Part shown: positions 51,445 through 60,286 of the stretch, one piece after another | How positions within the stretch are numbered: position 1 is the stretch's first letter | Layout: each line of letters starts with the position of its first letter | Source: Myxococcota bacterium | GTDB lineage: Bacteria > Myxococcota_A > UBA9042 > PHBI01 > JAWLBL01 | NCBI GenBank assembly: GCA_041687695.1 | Contig: JAWLBL010000022.1 | Coordinates: 92,003 to 156,002, forward strand | Length of the DNA stretch: 64,000 bases | Reading direction: 5' to 3' | Translations under genes and position numbers: made by a program | The notes under the pieces: generated by a model | What the model was told of the DNA's origin: nothing | The model's database searches: none | What the model saw: only the letters and a program-made list of their open reading frames with translations

Positions 51445-51674
51445 GCCGGCTGGAAGCCGGCGATCCCAGGAGCCGGCTGGAAGAGGGTGTCGCAAGAGCC
51501 CAACCGGAGTGCTCCACCTTGGTGGAGCCCTGATTCGGCGCAGCTTGCTGCGCCGGCTTGGCGGCCAGATCCCGGCGGCAAGCCGCCGGCTCCGGGGCTC
51601 CAGCAAGCTGGAGCACTCCAAGGCCGCCTCAGCCGGCATCAATACGACACCCTCTGGAAGCCGGCGATCCCAGG
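51445..51674 (+). repeat. REP-like cluster GCCGGCTGGAAGCCGGCGATCCCAGG (one intact copy, one interrupted)
   Basis: Intact copy at 51445-51470. The second copy begins at 51472 and resumes at 51655. Confidence 0.85.
51483..51654. mobile_element. 172-bp MITE-like element with 10-bp terminal inverted repeats and a TGGAA target duplication
   Basis: TGGAA[GAGGGTGTCG...CGACACCCTC]TGGAA. Removing it restores an exact REP copy. Confidence 0.8.
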
Positions 51675-51698
51675 GGCGCCGAGCATCGAATGGCGGGG

Positions 51699-52394
51699 CT
51701 AGCGGGCGCGGACCGAGGCGAGGGCCTGGTCGAGGTGCGCGAGGAGGTCGGCGGGGTCGGCGTAGGTCTGGGCGGCGCCGGCCAGGCTCAAGGCCTGGGC
51801 GTCCCAGCCGCCGGTGAGGAGGCCGATGAAGGGGACGCCGGCCTTGACGCAGGCGGTGGCGTCGTAGGGGGTGTCGCCGACCATGACCGCCTGCCGCGGC
51901 TCGAGGCGGAGCTTGTGCAGGGCCGCTTCGACCAGATCGGGCTCCGGCTTGCTCTCGTCGACGCCGCTGGCCGTGATGGTCTCGTCGGCCCACGCGCGCA
52001 GGGGCAGCCCGAAGGCCTGCTCCATGTCGTCCAGCCCCTCGGCGCGCGACGAGGTGGCCAGCGCGACCTTCAGGCCGCGGTCGTGGACCGCCTCGAACAG
52101 CGCGCGGACGCCGTCGAAGGCCCGCAGGCGCTGGGTCTCGAGCAGGCGCGAGAAGCGCTCGCCGTGCGCGTCGCCCAGGCGCTGGACCTCGTCGGGGTCG
52201 ATGTCCGCGCCCAATAGCGTCGGGACCAGCTTGTCGCCGCCGGCCCCGATGAGGGCGCGCACGGCCCCGAAGTCCACGTCGTGCCCGTCGGCGCCCAGGG
52301 CCTCGACCCAGGCGCGGGCGTGCAGGTCGTTGGTGTCCAGCAGGGTGCCGTCGATGTCGAACAGGACGGCGGAGAGCGGCGTTCGCGCGGCCAT
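51699..52394 (-). CDS. HAD-superfamily hydrolase
   Basis: FDIDGTLLDTN, ATSS, SKPEPD, VGDTPYD. Confidence 0.9.
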   Translation of the reverse strand: MAARTPLSAVLFDIDGTLLDTNDLHARAWVEALGADGHDVDFGAVRALIGAGGDKLVPTLLGADIDPDEVQRLGDAHGERFSRLLETQRLRAFDGVRALFEAVHDRGLKVALATSSRAEGLDDMEQAFGLPLRAWADETITASGVDESKPEPDLVEAALHKLRLEPRQAVMVGDTPYDATACVKAGVPFIGLLTGGWDAQALSLAGAAQTYADPADLLAHLDQALASVRAR

Positions 52395-52476
52395 GGCGTC
52401 TCCGTGGCACCGGGAGGTGACGGGACAACCGTGCGAGCGGCCCGGCCGCCGGGCAACGGGGCGGCTGGAGCGGGCG

Positions 52477-53658
52477 TCAGGCGCCGGGGGTGGCGGTCGG
52501 GATCTCGACGGTGACCGTGGTGCCGACGCCCTCGGTCGAGTCGATGCGCAGGGTGCCGCCGGCGCGCTCGATGAGGCGGCGGACCTGCACGAGCCCGAGG
52601 CCCGTGCCCTCGGAGCGGGTCGAGAAGAAGGGCGTGCCCAGCCGCGAGAGGATGTCCTGGGACATGCCGGGGCCGTTGTCCTCGATGGCGATGCGCAGGC
52701 GCTTGCCGAGCACCGTGGCGTTGACCGCGACGATGCCGCCGGTCGCCTCGCGTCGCTGCAGGGCCTGGGCGGCGTTGGAGATGAGGTTGATGAGGACCTG
52801 GATGAGCTCGGTCGAGGGCACCGGGACGTTGGGCAGCTGGGGCGGGCCCTCGTACACGATGGCGCCGCGCGCCTGGATGGCGATCTCGCGGCACACGCTC
52901 ATCGCGTAACGCAGCGCCTCCTGCGGGTCGCAGCTGCGGGCCGTGTTGCCGCTGGGGCGCATGATGTTCCGCAGCGTCTGCGACAGGTTCAGGATGACGT
53001 TGCAGCCCTGGTCCATGTCGTCGGCGATCTCGGGCAGCTCGCCGGCGAGATCGGCCAGCAGGGCGCGGTCCTCGGGGTCGAGGTCGTCGCCGTGCAGCTC
53101 GACCAGCTCCGTCAGCGCCGGGCCGACGCGCGAGAGCTGGTGCAGGCGGCCGGTGTTGGCCATCAGGTACGAGATGGGCTGCGCGATGTCGTGCATGACC
53201 GCCGCGGCGATGGAGCCGATGGTGGCCAGGCGCTCGGTCTGCATCAGGCGCAGCTGCAGGACGCTGCTCTCGGTGCCCAGGCGATAGGCCTCGAGGGCCC
53301 AGGCCAGGACGTCCTCGAGCTCGCTGCGCACCCACGGCTTGATGAGGTAGCGCGCGACGAGCCCCTCGTTGACGGCGCGCAGGATGGGCTCGAGGTCGTC
53401 GTAGGCGGTCACGACGATGCGCACGACCTGCGGGTGCCGCTCGCGCACCAGCAGCAGCAGATCGTTGCCGCTCATGCCGGGCATGCGCTGGTCGGTCACC
53501 AGGACGCCGACGTCCTCGGTCTGCAGCACCTCGAGGGCCTCCTCGCCCGAGGCGACCGTGGTGATGCGCGGGAAGCGGCTGGCGAGCGACTGCTTGAACA
53601 CGACGCGGTTGCCGCGCTCGTCGTCGACGTACAGGATGAGCGGCTCGGTCGGGCTCAT
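52477..53658 (-). CDS. Receiver + histidine kinase hybrid
   Basis: REC: YVDDE, VTDQRMP, TAY, KPW. H-box VMHDIAQP, NLISNA, DNGPG, GTGLGL. Start overlaps the upstream stop (ATGA). Confidence 0.92.
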   Translation of the reverse strand: MSPTEPLILYVDDERGNRVVFKQSLASRFPRITTVASGEEALEVLQTEDVGVLVTDQRMPGMSGNDLLLLVRERHPQVVRIVVTAYDDLEPILRAVNEGLVARYLIKPWVRSELEDVLAWALEAYRLGTESSVLQLRLMQTERLATIGSIAAAVMHDIAQPISYLMANTGRLHQLSRVGPALTELVELHGDDLDPEDRALLADLAGELPEIADDMDQGCNVILNLSQTLRNIMRPSGNTARSCDPQEALRYAMSVCREIAIQARGAIVYEGPPQLPNVPVPSTELIQVLINLISNAAQALQRREATGGIVAVNATVLGKRLRIAIEDNGPGMSQDILSRLGTPFFSTRSEGTGLGLVQVRRLIERAGGTLRIDSTEGVGTTVTVEIPTATPGA

Positions 53659-56600
53659 GAGGTGCTCCTGCTGCGCGCGGCGGCCGGGGCGGGGGGCGAC
53701 TCGGGGACGGCCTGCTCGCCGACCCCGGGCAGCTCGATGACGAAGACGGTCCCGGTCGGACCCTCGAGGACGCGCAGCGACCCGTGGTGCTGCTCGACGA
53801 TGCGGCGCGCCGTGGTGAGGCCGAGCCCCGTCCCCTGGCCCGGCGCCTTCGTGGTGAAGAAGGGCTCGAAGATGCGCTCGCGCAGCTCGGCGGGCACGCC
53901 GGGGCCGCTGTCGGAGACCTCGAGCCGCACCCGCCCGTCGCGCACGTACGCCCGCAGCGACACCCAGCCGTCCTGGCCGGCGGCGTGAGCGGCGTTCTCG
54001 AGCAGGTTGGTCAGGACCTGCAGCAGCAGGGCCGGGGCGCAGGCGACGCGCAGGCCCGGCGTGTCCTCGCGCCAGAAGGTGACCCGCGCCAGGACGGCGC
54101 CGATGATGGCGACGGCGCGGTCGATGATGGGCGCGAGCGGCTCGACCGTGCGGTTGATGTCGCCGGGGCGCGCGAAGCCCAGCAGGACCTGAGACAGCTT
54201 GGCGATCTGCTGGGCCGAGGCCTCGAGCACCTCGAAGAGCTCGGCCGTGTCGGAGCCCGGGGCGAACACCTCGGGCGGCATAAGCTCCTTGAGGGGCGGC
54301 AGCGCGTTGACCACGGTGTTGGCCGGGTTGCGGATCTCGTGGGCGAGCCCGGCCGAGAGCAGCCCCACCGAGGCGAGCTTCTCGGACTCGTGCAGCTTGA
54401 GCGCCAGATCCCGGATCGCCAGCTGGGCCCGGATGCGGGCCATCAGCTCGTCGGGGTCGAAGGGCTTGACGATGTAGTCGACCGCGCCTTGCTCGAGGCC
54501 CTGCACGCGCTCGTCGCGGGCGCCGTAGGCGGTCAGCAGGATGACCGGCGCGAGGCGGTTGCCGCGCAGCTCGCGGAACTGCCGCATCAGCGCGAGGCCG
54601 TCCATCTCGGGCATGTCGATGTCGGTGACGAGCAGATCGGGCAGGTGCTCGCGCGCCAGGCGCAGGGCCGCCGCGCCGTCCGCGCCCGCCAGCACGCGGT
54701 AGTGCCGCGAGAGCAGGTCCGACAGGGTCATCAGCAGATCGCGGTCGTCCTCGGCGATGAGCACCGTCGGGGCGCCCTCGGGCGCGATCGAGACCACCTC
54801 GGGCACGGTGAAGCCCGAGCCGAGGATGTGCTCGGGCCGGGCCAACAGCTCGTCGACCCCCGCGGCGACCGTCTCGGCCAGGGCGTCGCCGCTGACCGCC
54901 GCGTGGCGCGGCAGGGTGACCTCGAAGATGGAGCCCCCGCCCGGGTTGTCGCGCACGGTCAGGGCGCCGCCGTGCGCGACGACCAGCTCGCGGGCGATGG
55001 CCAGCCCGACGCCGCTGCCGCGCTTGGCGCGCCCGTCGACCGAGCGCACCTGCTCGAAGCGCTCGAAGATGCGCTCGCGGTGCGGCTCGGGGATGCCGAC
55101 GCCCGTGTCGGCCACCAGCACGCGCAGGACGGCCTCGTCGCAGGTCAGCGTCACCTCGATGCGGCCGTCGGGGGGCGTGAACTTGACCGCGTTCGAGACC
55201 AGGTTGGCGACGACGCGGTCGAGGGCCGACCAGTCCACGACGCCCGTGCAGTGCTCGGGGCCGCGGTAGTGGATGCCGACGCGGGCGTCCTCGGCGGCGG
55301 GCGCCCAGCTGGTCACCGCGCGGCGCACCAGGTGGCCGACGTCGCAGGGGACGGGGCGCACCTCGAGCTTGCCCTCCTGGCCCGCCGCCAGCAGCAGCAG
55401 GCCGTCGATGAGGTAGAGCAGGCGCTGCACGCTCTGGTCGATGGCCTCGTGGGCGCGCGTGACCGCCGGGTTGTCGGCGAGCCCCAGGCTGCGCAGGTGG
55501 GCCATGGTCAGCGTGATGAGGCTCAGCGGCGTCCGGATCTCGTGGTTGATGTTGGCGAAGATGCGGTCGCGGGCGCTCTGGGCCTCGCGGAGATCCTCGA
55601 CCGTCTGCGCGAGGTCGTCGTGGGCGGCCTCGAGCTCGAGGGTGCGGGTCGAGACGCGGTCCTCGAGCTCGTCGCGGTAGGCGTCGAGGGCCGAGTAGGC
55701 CAGGGCGTTGTCGACGGCGAGCGCGATGGTGTGCGAGGCGCTCTCGAGCAGCTGGCGGGCCTCGTGCGCGCGCTGGTCGCGGGCCAGCCACACGCGCAGG
55801 TGGCCGCGCGGGACGCCGCGCAGGACCAGGGCCAGCTCGACCTCGACCGCGTCGGGCTCGGGCTCGCCGTGGGCGGCCTCGACCGGCGTCTCGTCACCTG
55901 GGCGCAGCTCGCTCAGGGTCACGCGGGCGGCCCCGAAGCCGGCGACCACGCACACCGAGGTCGCGATGGCGTCGAGCGTCGTGCCGAGATCGAGGCCGGC
56001 GTGCACCAGCCGGCTGATGGCCTCGGTCATCTCGAGCTGGCGCGCCTGCCGCTCGAGCTGATCGCGCGCCTGCTCGAGCTCCATGTACCGCTCGAGCGTG
56101 ACGGCGTGCGCCTCCTTGAGCTCGCGCGCGGTGCGGCGCGCGGTGAAGGGCCAGCTGACCGCGCGGCGGAGCAGACCGAGGGGCGCGCGTCCCGCCGGCA
56201 CCTCGATGTCGTAGTGCGCGCCGCCCGGCTCGAGGAAGAGCTTCACGTGAGCCTCACGGTAGCCGAGGAAGCGGGACATGGCCGCGAGGCCGCCCTGGGT
56301 GACCAGGAAGAACTCGCGCGCCGGGGCGTAGCCTTCGCGCATGCGCAGGGTCAGGCGCAGGCGGTTGGGGCCGAGCTCGGTCGTGTCGGGCACCACGCAC
56401 GTGAAGAGCAGGTTGCCGCCGCCCGAGCCGGGGCTGTTGACCCACCGGTAGAAGTCCATCGGCGTGAAGAGCAGGCGCGCGACGATGGTCACCGGCAGCA
56501 TCAGCGGCGACGAGACGAACCCGCCGCCGAGCGCGATGAGCTCGTCGTCGGTCCAGAGCTCGCCCGCGTTGCGCATCAGCGTCAGGAACGCGTCCCAGTC

Positions 56601-56732
56601 GACGCGCTCGTGGCGGTTTGTCAGGTGCGCGAGGTCGTAGGGGACCCCGCGGACGAAGGCCTCGGCCGGGCGGCGCCGCTTCCGGAGATCCCGGAAGAAG
56701 ACGTCGAGCACCTTGCACGAGACCTCCTTCAC
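53655..56732 (-). CDS. Soluble hybrid sensor kinase: N-terminal ligand-binding-like domain, GAF-like region, HisKA-HATPase, REC, second HisKA-HATPase
   Basis: GTG start overlaps the KAS III stop (TAGTG). NINHEIRTPL / NLVSNAVKFT / GSGVGL; AEDD...VTDIDMP...KPF; GLAHEIRNP / NLLENA / GTGLGL. No convincing TM helix. Confidence 0.9.
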   Translation of the reverse strand: MKEVSCKVLDVFFRDLRKRRRPAEAFVRGVPYDLAHLTNRHERVDWDAFLTLMRNAGELWTDDELIALGGGFVSSPLMLPVTIVARLLFTPMDFYRWVNSPGSGGGNLLFTCVVPDTTELGPNRLRLTLRMREGYAPAREFFLVTQGGLAAMSRFLGYREAHVKLFLEPGGAHYDIEVPAGRAPLGLLRRAVSWPFTARRTARELKEAHAVTLERYMELEQARDQLERQARQLEMTEAISRLVHAGLDLGTTLDAIATSVCVVAGFGAARVTLSELRPGDETPVEAAHGEPEPDAVEVELALVLRGVPRGHLRVWLARDQRAHEARQLLESASHTIALAVDNALAYSALDAYRDELEDRVSTRTLELEAAHDDLAQTVEDLREAQSARDRIFANINHEIRTPLSLITLTMAHLRSLGLADNPAVTRAHEAIDQSVQRLLYLIDGLLLLAAGQEGKLEVRPVPCDVGHLVRRAVTSWAPAAEDARVGIHYRGPEHCTGVVDWSALDRVVANLVSNAVKFTPPDGRIEVTLTCDEAVLRVLVADTGVGIPEPHRERIFERFEQVRSVDGRAKRGSGVGLAIARELVVAHGGALTVRDNPGGGSIFEVTLPRHAAVSGDALAETVAAGVDELLARPEHILGSGFTVPEVVSIAPEGAPTVLIAEDDRDLLMTLSDLLSRHYRVLAGADGAAALRLAREHLPDLLVTDIDMPEMDGLALMRQFRELRGNRLAPVILLTAYGARDERVQGLEQGAVDYIVKPFDPDELMARIRAQLAIRDLALKLHESEKLASVGLLSAGLAHEIRNPANTVVNALPPLKELMPPEVFAPGSDTAELFEVLEASAQQIAKLSQVLLGFARPGDINRTVEPLAPIIDRAVAIIGAVLARVTFWREDTPGLRVACAPALLLQVLTNLLENAAHAAGQDGWVSLRAYVRDGRVRLEVSDSGPGVPAELRERIFEPFFTTKAPGQGTGLGLTTARRIVEQHHGSLRVLEGPTGTVFVIELPGVGEQAVPESPPAPAAARSRSTS

Positions 56733-57823
56733 TAGCGCCCCCAGCGCATGACCAGGCTGGACCAGGTCTCGCCGGTGCCGCCCGAGAAGGTCGCGACGAG
56801 ATCGCCGTCGCGCAGCAGCCCCTCGCGCTGGGCGGTCGCCAGGACCAGCGGCAGGTTGGCCGAGACCAGGCTGCCGGCCCAGGGGAAGGTGTCCACGGCG
56901 CGCGCGTGCTCGAGGCCGGCGTGGGCCTGGGCGACCGGGCGAATCCACTTGGTCGCCTGGTGGCAGGCGAAGAAGTCGACGTCCTCCGGGCCGTAGCCGG
57001 CGCGGCCGAGCGCCTCGTGCACGATCTGGCGCCCGCGGTCCGCGACGCGCAGCAGCATCTGGCGCGCGGCGGCCTTGTCGTCGGGGAAGCTGTAGACGCG
57101 CCCGTCGTCGTACCAGCGCTTGCCGGGCACGGTCATCACCATCGTGCGGTGGCCGACGCCGTCGGTGCGGTGCGCGTGGCCCAGCAGGCCGCGCCCTTGC
57201 GAGACCGGCCCGAGCACCACGGCCGTCGCGCCGTCGCCGATCCAGGCCGACCACGCGTCCTCGTAAGGCAGCAGCGGCGACATCAGCGAGACCTGCACCA
57301 GCACGGCGTAGCGCCCCGGCCCGGCGCGCAGCAGGCGCTCGGCGAGCGTCGCCTGCATCGCGAAGGCGTTGCAGGCCGCGTGGACGTCGGTCGTGAAGCA
57401 GTCCTCGGGCGCGCCGAGGTGCCGATGGATGAGCGCCGCGTCGGGGGTGTTCTGGTAGTCCGGCGCGGTCGAGTGGCACAGCAGGACCGCGACCTGCGAC
57501 GGGTCCACGCCCGCGGCCTCGAGGGCCTTGCGCGCCGCGGCGGCGCCCACGTCGGTCGCCAGCGTGCCCGCCGGGAAGACGCGCCGCTCACGCGCGCCCT
57601 GGAACGGGTCGTCCGCCAGCGCGGCCAGGGCGGCCACGGTGCGGCGCGCGCCGTCGCTGGGCAGGTCGTCCGGGTCGATGCTGCCCTTGGTGAGCTGGCG
57701 CTGGGCCTTGTCCTGCCAGCGGGCGACGGTGGCTGGCGGCCACCAGGCGTTGGTGCGCACCTCATCGGGCAGCTCGACGCCGAGGCCGAGGATGCCGAAG
57801 GCGGGGGTCTCGGGAGTGTTCAT
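56732..57823 (-). CDS. 3-oxoacyl-ACP synthase III (FabH-like) family enzyme
   Basis: LPDEVRTN, GARERR, HAACNAF (Cys), IGDGATAVVL, CHQAT (His), GSLVSANLP, GGTGETW. Confidence 0.88.
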   Translation of the reverse strand: MNTPETPAFGILGLGVELPDEVRTNAWWPPATVARWQDKAQRQLTKGSIDPDDLPSDGARRTVAALAALADDPFQGARERRVFPAGTLATDVGAAAARKALEAAGVDPSQVAVLLCHSTAPDYQNTPDAALIHRHLGAPEDCFTTDVHAACNAFAMQATLAERLLRAGPGRYAVLVQVSLMSPLLPYEDAWSAWIGDGATAVVLGPVSQGRGLLGHAHRTDGVGHRTMVMTVPGKRWYDDGRVYSFPDDKAAARQMLLRVADRGRQIVHEALGRAGYGPEDVDFFACHQATKWIRPVAQAHAGLEHARAVDTFPWAGSLVSANLPLVLATAQREGLLRDGDLVATFSGGTGETWSSLVMRWGR

Positions 57824-59598
57824 GGGCTGGGCTCCTGGCCGCGTCCGCGGTCGGCGCTGTCGAACACGCGCAAGGCCGGGGCCTTCCCGATCGCCTGGAT
57901 GCGGTCCTTCTTGGGCATGTGCTCGCGCGAGTCGATGCAGACGTCCACCACGAGCGGGCCGTCCGCCGCCAGGGCCAGCAGATCGGTCTCCAGCAGCTGT
58001 CCGGCGTGCTCGATGCGCAGGGCGCGAGCGCCGAGGCCCTCGGCCAGGCGGCACACGTCCAGCGGCTGCATCGAGTACACGGCGCGGCGGCCATAGACGC
58101 GCTCGTGGCCGATCTCGACCATCCCGTAGCGGCGGTCGTTCATGACGAAGATGACGATCGGCAGGCGCTCGGCCACCGCGGTCGCCACCTCGGTGCCCAC
58201 CATGGCGAAGCCGCCGTCGCCCATGATGACGGCCACCGCGCGGTCGGGCCGCCCCAGCTTGGCGCCCATCGCGGCGCCGATGCTGGAGCCCATGCTGCCC
58301 AGCCCCGTCATGGCGATGAAGGCGTCGGGGTGGCGCGTGACCAGGTAGTGGGTCGCGAAGACGAAGTGCTCGCCGCTGTCGATGGCGTAGATGGTGTCGG
58401 CCGGCAGGCGCTGCTGGATCTCCCACAGCGCGCGCTGCGGCAGGATGAGGCCCTCTTCGCCGTCGCCGAGGGCCGCCGGGTCGGTGTGGTAGCGCGCGCC
58501 CAGGGGCTCGGTGCGCCGGGAGGGCGGCAGGCGCGTCAGCATCTGCGCGAAGAAGTCCCCCGCCGGGGCGACCAGGCCGAGGTCGACCGGATAGGCCCGC
58601 CCGATCTGGCGCACGTCGATGTCGACCTGGATGAAGGTGCCCTCCTTGTCGACCAGCTGCGTCCAGCCGTCCGTCTGCAGGTCGCCCAGGCTGGTGCCGA
58701 CGGCGATCAGCAGATCGACGCCCTCGTCGACGTAGGCCTGCGCCGACGGGTGGCCGCCCATGCCGAAGACGCCCAGGCTGAGCGGGTGGTCCTCGGGGAA
58801 GACGCCCTTGCCCTTGGGGGTGGTCATGACGGGGACGCCGCGGCGCTCGGCGAAGACGCGGAGCAGCTCGGGGCCGAGGTCGTGGCGGACCCCGGAGCCC
58901 GCGAACAGGAGCGGCCGGCGGGCCTCGAGCAGGGCGGCGGCGGCGCGATCGAGCGCGGCGGGCCGCAGCATGAACTGGGTCGAGACCTCGAGGGCGAGCT
59001 CGGGCGGCCGGATCTCGGTGGTGCTGACGTCGATGGGCAGGGTCAGGCAGACCGGGCCGCGGCGGCCGCTCATGGCGGTGGAGATGGCGCGGCTGAGCAT
59101 CGAGGGGGCGACCTGCGCGTCGGGGATCTCGGCGGCCATCTTGGTGATGTGGCTGACCATGCCGACCAGGTTGAGGTTGTGCGAGGTGCCGTCCTGCAGG
59201 GCGCCCTTGCCGGCGATGCGGCGGGGGACCTCGCCCGCGATGAGCAGGACCGGCAGCCCGTCGCACCAGGCCGAGGCCAGCCCCGTGACCGCGTTGAGGG
59301 CGCCGGGGCCGCTGGTGACCAGGACGACGCCGATGCGCCCGGTGGTGCGGGCGTATCCGGCGGCGGCGAACATGGCGCCGGCCTCGTGGCGCGTGGTGAC
59401 CACCCGGATGTCGGGGCGGTCGAGCAGGGCGTCGTGCAGCGGGGAGATGGCGCCGCCGGGAAGGCCGAAGACGACCTCGACCCCGGCCTCGGCCAGGACG
59501 TCGATGAGGGCGTCCGCGGTGCGGCGGAGCGGGGCGCGGACCGGAGCCGAAAGCGGAAGCTGAGCGCGTTTGGGGATGGAGCGGACGAGGGGCTGCAT
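57820..59598 (-). CDS. Thiamine-diphosphate-dependent enzyme (acetolactate synthase / ScyA-like carboligase)
   Basis: VFGLPGG, RHEAGA, TSGPGALN, TPKGKG, GLGSMG, GDGGF...NDRRYGM. GGAGG RBS. Confidence 0.93.
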   Translation of the reverse strand: MQPLVRSIPKRAQLPLSAPVRAPLRRTADALIDVLAEAGVEVVFGLPGGAISPLHDALLDRPDIRVVTTRHEAGAMFAAAGYARTTGRIGVVLVTSGPGALNAVTGLASAWCDGLPVLLIAGEVPRRIAGKGALQDGTSHNLNLVGMVSHITKMAAEIPDAQVAPSMLSRAISTAMSGRRGPVCLTLPIDVSTTEIRPPELALEVSTQFMLRPAALDRAAAALLEARRPLLFAGSGVRHDLGPELLRVFAERRGVPVMTTPKGKGVFPEDHPLSLGVFGMGGHPSAQAYVDEGVDLLIAVGTSLGDLQTDGWTQLVDKEGTFIQVDIDVRQIGRAYPVDLGLVAPAGDFFAQMLTRLPPSRRTEPLGARYHTDPAALGDGEEGLILPQRALWEIQQRLPADTIYAIDSGEHFVFATHYLVTRHPDAFIAMTGLGSMGSSIGAAMGAKLGRPDRAVAVIMGDGGFAMVGTEVATAVAERLPIVIFVMNDRRYGMVEIGHERVYGRRAVYSMQPLDVCRLAEGLGARALRIEHAGQLLETDLLALAADGPLVVDVCIDSREHMPKKDRIQAIGKAPALRVFDSADRGRGQEPSP

Positions 59599-59612
59599 GG
59601 GGCCTCCGGGGC

Positions 59613-60218
59613 TCAGGCGTCGTGGAGGGCGGTCTGGAGCGACACCCCCAGCGTCTTGAGGACGACTTCGGGATCGGTCGGCTTGGGCAGCACCCGGCTC
59701 GCGCCTGCGTCGAGGGCGAGCTGCTCGAGCACGGGCGTCAGCTGGCCGCTCGTCGTGATGATGGTGATCTCGCGGGTCTCCTCCTGGGCCTTGAGGCGGC
59801 GGCAGACCTCGATGCCGTCGACGCCCGGCATCATGACGTCCAGCACCACCACCTGAGGGCGCCACGAGCCGATGCGCACGAGGGCGTCGATGCCGTTGTC
59901 GAACAGCTCGACGTCCACGCGGTCGCGGTAGGGCTTGAGGATGCGGCTCCAGCCGCGCAGCTGCAGGGGGTCGTCGTCGACCATGATCAGCCGGCGCCGC
60001 ATCGCGGGGCGCAGGGCCGCCGGGATGGGCATCTCGTGCTGGGTCAGGAACGCGATGAGATCCGCCGCGCGGATGCGGCGGTGACCGCCGGGCGTCCGGA
60101 ACGCGGGGATCCGGCCGTCGCGGATCCAGTTGTTCACCGAGGTGGGGTTCACCTGCAGCAGCGACCCGACCTGGTGGGAGGTCAGGAGCGTCTCGGAGCG
60201 AATCAGGCGTTGGGTCAT
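59613..60218 (-). CDS. Response regulator with an N-terminal excisionase-like (HTH_17/BldC-like) DNA-binding domain
   Basis: LLTSHQVGSLLQVNPTSVNNWIRDGRIPAFRTPGGHRRI; REC MVDDD, VLDVMMP, KP. Start uncertain (60218 or 60227). Confidence 0.9.
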   Translation of the reverse strand: MTQRLIRSETLLTSHQVGSLLQVNPTSVNNWIRDGRIPAFRTPGGHRRIRAADLIAFLTQHEMPIPAALRPAMRRRLIMVDDDPLQLRGWSRILKPYRDRVDVELFDNGIDALVRIGSWRPQVVVLDVMMPGVDGIEVCRRLKAQEETREITIITTSGQLTPVLEQLALDAGASRVLPKPTDPEVVLKTLGVSLQTALHDA

Positions 60219-60286
60219 AGAACTCATTGGGCTCACGTTTTTCGCGATTCGCTTCTTAATCACGATTTTCACGGAGCTCAACTAAT
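60215..60286. promoter_or_regulatory. AT-rich 9-bp-phased direct-repeat lattice, candidate operator
   Basis: TCACG/TCGCG at 60233, 60242, 60260 and 60269; TCA also at 60215, 60224 and 60278. Confidence 0.55.

Noticed and set aside
56732..57823. Housekeeping fabH
   Set aside because: The GN motif is altered and there is no plsX, fabD, fabG or acpP context.
57820..59598. Housekeeping ilvB/ilvI
   Set aside because: There is no regulatory subunit or other ilv gene, and it is coupled to a KAS III and kinases. The gene symbol was withheld.
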